From: Spirochaetota bacterium
GTDB lineage: Bacteria; Spirochaetota; UBA4802; UBA5550
DNA length: 10,962 bases
NCBI GenBank assembly: GCA_050298055.1
Contig: JBNKTL010000017.1
Coordinates: 3,948 to 14,909, forward strand
Direction: 5' to 3'
The translations under genes were made by a program, and so were the position numbers. Below, one piece after another: positions 6,633 to 10,962 of the stretch (within the stretch, counting starts at the first letter, position 1; each line of letters opens with the position of its first letter). The notes beneath the pieces were generated by a model, which ran no database searches, was not told the DNA's origin, and was given only the letters and a program-made list of their open reading frames with translations.

Positions 6633-6674
6633 CAGGAATACCCATCAGATATTAGGATGGGTATTTTCTGTTTT
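6633..6674 (+). terminator. Rho-independent terminator after flaA1
   Basis: Stem AATACCCATC (6637-6646) / GATGGGTATT (6656-6665), 9-nt loop, followed by TTCTGTTTT. Confidence 0.75.
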
Positions 6675-6704
6675 AATTTATAGGAAAATTTTCAGGATAC
6701 ACCT

Positions 6705-9404
6705 ATGTCAAGCGAAAAAATTATGGAACGACTTAATTCACTTTTTAAAGAAGAACAGTGGGGGAGAATTGAACCCAAGGACATCGGTATATCGAAATTT
6801 AAAATACTGGATGATCTTTTCAATTCTGTAGTAACATCCGGCCAGGTTGAAGAGACCCTGAATGCCTGCAAAGATCAGCTTGAGGAACACAGGGACTCGA
6901 TTACGGCATCATATTTAATCGGGTTGATCGGTTACCATGAAGACAGGATTGAAGATTCACTGATGCTGCGAAAGCTCATCGATATCTTCATCGAGAACCA
7001 CAAATGGGCGGTTGTTGAGATAATCTCCGAAAAGATCCTTGAATACGGCGAGAGCAGTATCGCGTTGAGGGCCCTGGCAGTAAGCCTCGAAAGAATGGGC
7101 AGGAGCAAGGAGGCAATACCGGTCTGGGAGAGCCTTCTCAAGATTGACCGTTTTGATGCGGAAGTATCAAAAAAGCTTTCCTTTGCGATTATTGATGAAG
7201 ATCCTGAAAAGAGTGTCCAGTATATGAAGCTCTCAATCGAGGGTTATATTAAGAATGAACAGTATGATGAAGTTATCACGCTGTGGAACAAGCTTGTTAC
7301 TGTTTCCTGGGAGGATTTATCTTTTTTTGAAAGAGTTGAAAGGTTACTGGTGGATGCGAGACAGAAAGACCTTGCTTCAATGCTCCTGAAAACGCTTCTT
7401 GGAAAGTATAAGGAAGAAGAGGATGCTGAAGTATCGATAGAGCTGCTCAAGAAAATTCTTCAGTATAAACCACTGGATAACCACGCCAGGCGTGAACTTA
7501 TTAAACTCTACAGCATAAAGTATGGAGAACATTCACAGTATGAGCAGTTCCTGAAGCTCTCAAAGCTGGAAGAATTTAAGTTTCCCATAAAATTTGCGAT
7601 TCAGGACTTTGAAAAAAATATCGTCTTTGATAAAGGCAACTATGTGTATCATAACTCGTGGAAACTGGGAAAGATCCAGGAAATTGACAGTGAATCGCTT
7701 ACAATCAGCTTTCCGGAAAAGCCTGAACATAAAATGTCTATCAAAATGGCGCTCCAGTCCCTTGTCCCCATAGCAAAAGACCATATCTACGTTATGGAAT
7801 ATGAGGATTCTGAGATGGTTATGAGTATGTTCCAGGATGACTTTATGCAGTTTTTCATGCTGCTTGTTAAATCCTATGGAGGTGAAATTACCCTCAATGA
7901 TATCAAGGCCGAGCTTATTCCCAAATATGTTGCTTCCAAGGACTGGGCAAAGTGGTGGAGTAAGGCAAGAACAAAGATCAAAAAGGACCCGATCTTTGGA
8001 GTATCGGACAAGACGAAAAACCTTATTTTTATGAGAGATAAGCCTCTGACATTTGCAGACGAGCTTCTTGATAACTTTACCAAGACAGAATCATTCAGTG
8101 AAAAGCTCGATATATCCATTGAGTTTATAAACAATATTAACAAGGATGAAGGTGAATCGGTGGTTCATTACTTTATCGATTACTTTACCGGGGAAGCAAA
8201 GGGGAAATCCTCAACGCGGCAGATTCTCTCTTATTTTATCCTGAAAGACCTCAGTGAGTATATTGAATCTGCAAAAGTCAAGCTGGATACAATTGAATCC
8301 AAAGTCATAGAGTTCATCAAGAACACAGGTGACCTTAAGGACCTTTCCTTGAAGATAAGCTCTTATGATTATAAAAAACAGTTTGTCAATATTATACAGG
8401 AATCCAGAAATGACTGGGCGGAAGTTATCTATGATATTCTCTTTGAGTTGCCGGTAAGGATACACAAGTATATAATAAACATACTTATAAGAACAAAAAA
8501 CTATGAAATTATAAACAGGTTTATCAGCGAGGTTATGTCGGGAGAGAGGCACATCCCTGAGATAATGGTCTGGGTTGCTAAAAATATCCTGTCCAGAACT
8601 TGGGACTATGACTGGCTTTCTGTTGATCGCAATGCGATTATCCTTTCTTTTTTCAGGCTCCTCAATGAACTCAAAAAAATTGAGACAGACGGTAACAGGA
8701 TAAAGAACATGGCGCTTGATGTCCTGTTTGATAATGACGAGTTTGCAATCAGGGACATTGTAAATAATTCTGACGAAGGATTCCTCGGGAAAATCCATAA
8801 TATTTTTGATAACCTTCAGTACGTGGAAGAAAGCCAGAAAGAGAAACTGATGACAATCATCAATGAAAAATTTCCCGGTTTCGGTATGGATGAAGTGGAT
8901 ACGTCTTCTGATATTGAATCAGATGAGGAAAAGTTCATTGTTTCGAAGAAGAACTATGACAGGAAAAAAGAGGAACTGGACAAAATGGTCAATGTAGAGA
9001 TGGTAAACCTCTCAAAAGAACTGGCCAAAGTTGCCGAGGTTTCAGGGGACCTCAGGGAGAATGTGGAGTATACCGCCCTTCTGGATAAACAGTCCATATT
9101 AAAAATGGCCATATCAAAGCTTGATAATGATATGAAAAAGGTCACTCTTATTGATATGAACAGTGTGAATACCGATAGTGTATGTATTGGGACAAATGTA
9201 TCACTGGAAGATATGACAGGTGGTGATCAAATAAAGTATTCAATACTGGGCCCGTGGGATGCGGATTTTGAAGCGGGAATACTCTCATATAAGTCACCAA
9301 TTGCAAAATCCCTGCTTGGGAAAAAAATTGGGGATGAAGTTGAATTTAAGATTGACGATGTAAAGAAGAAATACAAGATTGTTTCAATAGAAAAATGCAG
9401 TTAA
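6705..9404 (+). CDS. greA: Transcription elongation factor GreA, long spirochaete/chlamydial type (899 aa)
   Basis: The C-terminal ~155 aa carry GDLRENVEY (acidic residues D782 and E785 retained), YSILGPWDAD and LSYKSPIAKSLLGKKIGD. The long N-terminal extension is helical/TPR-like. Confidence 0.95.
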   Translation: MSSEKIMERLNSLFKEEQWGRIEPKDIGISKFKILDDLFNSVVTSGQVEETLNACKDQLEEHRDSITASYLIGLIGYHEDRIEDSLMLRKLIDIFIENHKWAVVEIISEKILEYGESSIALRALAVSLERMGRSKEAIPVWESLLKIDRFDAEVSKKLSFAIIDEDPEKSVQYMKLSIEGYIKNEQYDEVITLWNKLVTVSWEDLSFFERVERLLVDARQKDLASMLLKTLLGKYKEEEDAEVSIELLKKILQYKPLDNHARRELIKLYSIKYGEHSQYEQFLKLSKLEEFKFPIKFAIQDFEKNIVFDKGNYVYHNSWKLGKIQEIDSESLTISFPEKPEHKMSIKMALQSLVPIAKDHIYVMEYEDSEMVMSMFQDDFMQFFMLLVKSYGGEITLNDIKAELIPKYVASKDWAKWWSKARTKIKKDPIFGVSDKTKNLIFMRDKPLTFADELLDNFTKTESFSEKLDISIEFINNINKDEGESVVHYFIDYFTGEAKGKSSTRQILSYFILKDLSEYIESAKVKLDTIESKVIEFIKNTGDLKDLSLKISSYDYKKQFVNIIQESRNDWAEVIYDILFELPVRIHKYIINILIRTKNYEIINRFISEVMSGERHIPEIMVWVAKNILSRTWDYDWLSVDRNAIILSFFRLLNELKKIETDGNRIKNMALDVLFDNDEFAIRDIVNNSDEGFLGKIHNIFDNLQYVEESQKEKLMTIINEKFPGFGMDEVDTSSDIESDEEKFIVSKKNYDRKKEELDKMVNVEMVNLSKELAKVAEVSGDLRENVEYTALLDKQSILKMAISKLDNDMKKVTLIDMNSVNTDSVCIGTNVSLEDMTGGDQIKYSILGPWDADFEAGILSYKSPIAKSLLGKKIGDEVEFKIDDVKKKYKIVSIEKCS

Positions 9405-9428
9405 AGATTTGCATGCTTTAGAAATATT

Positions 9429-9512
9429 GCCGCGATGGCGGAATTGGTAGACGCGCTAGGTTCAGGGTCTAGTGAGCATTTGCTTGTGAGGGTTCGACTC
9501 CCTCTCGCGGCA
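9429..9512 (+). tRNA. tRNA-Leu (anticodon CAG), CCA not encoded
   Basis: Acceptor stem GCCGCGA/TCGCGGC plus discriminator A; D-arm TGGCGGAATTGGTAGACGC; anticodon arm CTAGG-TTCAGGG-TCTAG (CAG at 9463-9465); long variable arm; T-arm GAGGG-TTCGACT-CCCTC. Confidence 0.97.
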
Positions 9513-9616
9513 GTTATTCTCCACAATTAGTCGATCGAACCCCTTATTTCGTTTTTTATAACATTTTCTGTAACTCATTCTGAAATGTACTTTTGTAATC
9601 TTCAATAGGTCACATT

Positions 9617-9792
9617 GAAAGAATGTGTAAAAAGGGGGATAAGGGGAGTTAAGATAATGATTAATGTTGAATGTTAAATTTTAAATGTTGAATTCCCTGA
9701 TTAAAACAGTTTCTTTAATTTAACATTCAAAATTTAAAACTCAACATTAACTAACTCCTCCCATCTCCCTATCTCCTTTCTTACACTCTTTT
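9617..9792. repeat. Long imperfect palindrome built from heptamer and purine-rich repeats
   Basis: 9661-9694 and 9717-9750 are complementary at 30 of 34 positions (AATGTTG/AATTTTA-type heptamers). The outer arms GTGTAA..AAAGGGGGATAAGGGGAGTTA and TAACTCC..CCCTATCTCCTTTCTTACAC extend the stem imperfectly. Confidence 0.8.
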
Positions 9793-9919
9793 TCCATTTT
9801 CCTTAGTGTTCTTAGCACTTTTACAGTTCATTTTTTTAATAATAATAAAAAAATTTTCAGGTTTTCTCTTTCCCAGTCGTATTAATGATACCGGTTGATT
9901 CTCTGAAAAGGAGTTATTA

Positions 9920-10765
9920 ATGAAATATCAGTTATTCGTCTTTCTCTTGATTTTACTCAAGTGTGGCTATCCGAAAGAATATGTTCATAACAGCGCGGAA
10001 ACAAAACCGGAAATATATGGGGTTGAAGTTTTTCTGGATAGGGAAAAAATTACAGAGGGTGAAACAACTTCAGCTCATCTCCGGATAATACTGCCTGACG
10101 GGGAAAAGGAAGAAGCTGATCCAGAAAGAATAGAATGGACCTCTGAAATGAGTGGAATTGCATCTGTGGATGATTTCGGGAGTATTACCGGCCTGAGTAA
10201 GGGATTTTCATGGATTACCGCGTATTATGGTGAGTTCACATCATCAATTCTTCTTCAGGTGGAAGAGTATATTGACTGCAGCAGAATTGTGATAAGTGAA
10301 GTCTTTTACGATGCTGTGGGAAGTGATACAGGAGTGGAGTTTGTCGAGATACATAATAGAAATGAGAACAGGTGTGATCTGTCAGGTTTTTCAATTCATG
10401 ACGGATATACGGGTAGCAGCACATATTTCTTACCGGAAAATACCTCTATCGAGCCAGGGGGGTATCTCCTGGTGGTTCAGGATCAGGAGAAGTTTATACA
10501 ACTCTTTGGAGTGGAACCTGACAGAGAGGGATTGAATTTCTCATTAAATAACAGTGGTGAAACAATTACACTTGTAGATTCTGAAATATCGATCATAGAC
10601 AGGGTCTATATTGAAGGTGGATATGGTTCTGATCCATTACCGGATATCTGGGGTGATACATCACTTCCTTCTGCATCGGAGGGTGAATCTGTACAAAGAA
10701 AGGCTTCACCGGATACGAATACTTACGCTGACTGGTTTTCCGGATTACCCACACCGGGGTTTTAA
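9920..10765 (+). CDS. Putative lipoprotein with a bacterial Ig-like (Big_2) domain and a lamin-tail domain (LTD)
   Basis: SD AAGGAG; MKYQLFVFLLILLK-C resembles a spirochaetal lipobox; Big_2-like IEWTSEMSGIASVDDFGSITGLSKGFSWITAYYG; LTD motifs IVISEVFYD, EFVEIHN, DLSGFSIHD, LNNSGETITL and terminal PTPG. Confidence 0.87.
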   Translation: MKYQLFVFLLILLKCGYPKEYVHNSAETKPEIYGVEVFLDREKITEGETTSAHLRIILPDGEKEEADPERIEWTSEMSGIASVDDFGSITGLSKGFSWITAYYGEFTSSILLQVEEYIDCSRIVISEVFYDAVGSDTGVEFVEIHNRNENRCDLSGFSIHDGYTGSSTYFLPENTSIEPGGYLLVVQDQEKFIQLFGVEPDREGLNFSLNNSGETITLVDSEISIIDRVYIEGGYGSDPLPDIWGDTSLPSASEGESVQRKASPDTNTYADWFSGLPTPGF

Positions 10766-10769
10766 AGAA

Positions 10770-10804
10770 GTTCCGGGTTTTGTGTTCCGAGTTCCGAGTT
10801 TTTA
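10770..10804. repeat. Tandem heptamer repeat (GTTCCGG GTTTTGT GTTCCGA GTTCCGA GTTTTTA)
   Basis: Five consecutive 7-nt units beginning GTT, 4 nt after the stop codon at 10765. Confidence 0.65.
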
Positions 10805-10807
10805 TCC

Positions 10808-10848
10808 TGTCATAGCGAGCGAAGCGTGGCTATCTGTTCTGGATTGCT
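10808..10848. repeat. REP-like palindromic element (GTCATTGCGAG..GAAGC..GCAATC class variant)
   Basis: TGTCATAGCGAGCGAAGCGTGGCTATCT has an ATAGC/GCTAT stem enclosing GC-GAA-GC, followed by a GATTGCT remnant (10842-10848). Confidence 0.55.
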
Positions 10849-10862
10849 AAAAAACCTCTTAT

Positions 10863-10884
10863 GCCCCCTCAGGGGGTTAGGGGG
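10863..10884. repeat. REP-like CCCCC-TCA-GGGGG-TTAGGGGG element
   Basis: 5-bp C/G hairpin followed by TTAGGGGG, GC-rich in an AT-rich background. Confidence 0.5.
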
Positions 10885-10962
10885 TCTTCCATAGTGTTCT
10901 TCTTGAATGTGCTTCCAAAACAGATAAATTTATGAAAAAATAGTCTGTTGAGAATGATCTTA

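Noticed and set aside
9510..9515. Missing 3' CCA on tRNA-Leu as a sign of a pseudo-tRNA
   Set aside because: The cloverleaf is intact and many bacteria add CCA post-transcriptionally.
2358..10850. Remaining short overlapping or antisense ORFs, including 8211-8798 (195 aa), 5598-5978, 4814-5176 and 10611-10850
   Set aside because: They overlap well-supported genes and have no recognisable protein features.
9429..10962. Integrative element or prophage at tRNA-Leu
   Set aside because: No integrase and no duplicated tRNA 3' end within the window.

Overview
An ordinary-looking chromosomal window from a spirochaete, inferred to be related to Leptospira from the flaA2-flaA1-long greA gene order and from the FlaA motifs. 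Left to right it holds: the 5' 586 codons of a minus-strand sugar-phosphate nucleotidyltransferase/phosphomannomutase-like fusion (missing from the ORF track because it runs off the window); an intergenic region with two related inverted-repeat elements; a 63-aa CCHC protein; an acidic hypothetical protein; an exported HEAT-repeat protein; a convergent signal peptidase I (S26) homologue; the flagellar sheath genes flaA2 and flaA1; an 899-aa GreA; tRNA-Leu(CAG); a ~175-nt hairpin built from short repeats; an Ig-like + lamin-tail-domain lipoprotein; and a cluster of REP-like repeats. The most notable signal is the S26 homologue. Its ORF is intact with a strong SD, but the catalytic Ser, the catalytic Lys and the supporting Ser are all replaced, so it looks like a pseudo-peptidase, and it sits divergently from the Sec-exported flaA genes. 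A second signal is a pair of CsrA-type GGA hairpins in the flaA2 leader, one of them covering the SD. All family assignments come from motif recognition by eye; no database search was run.
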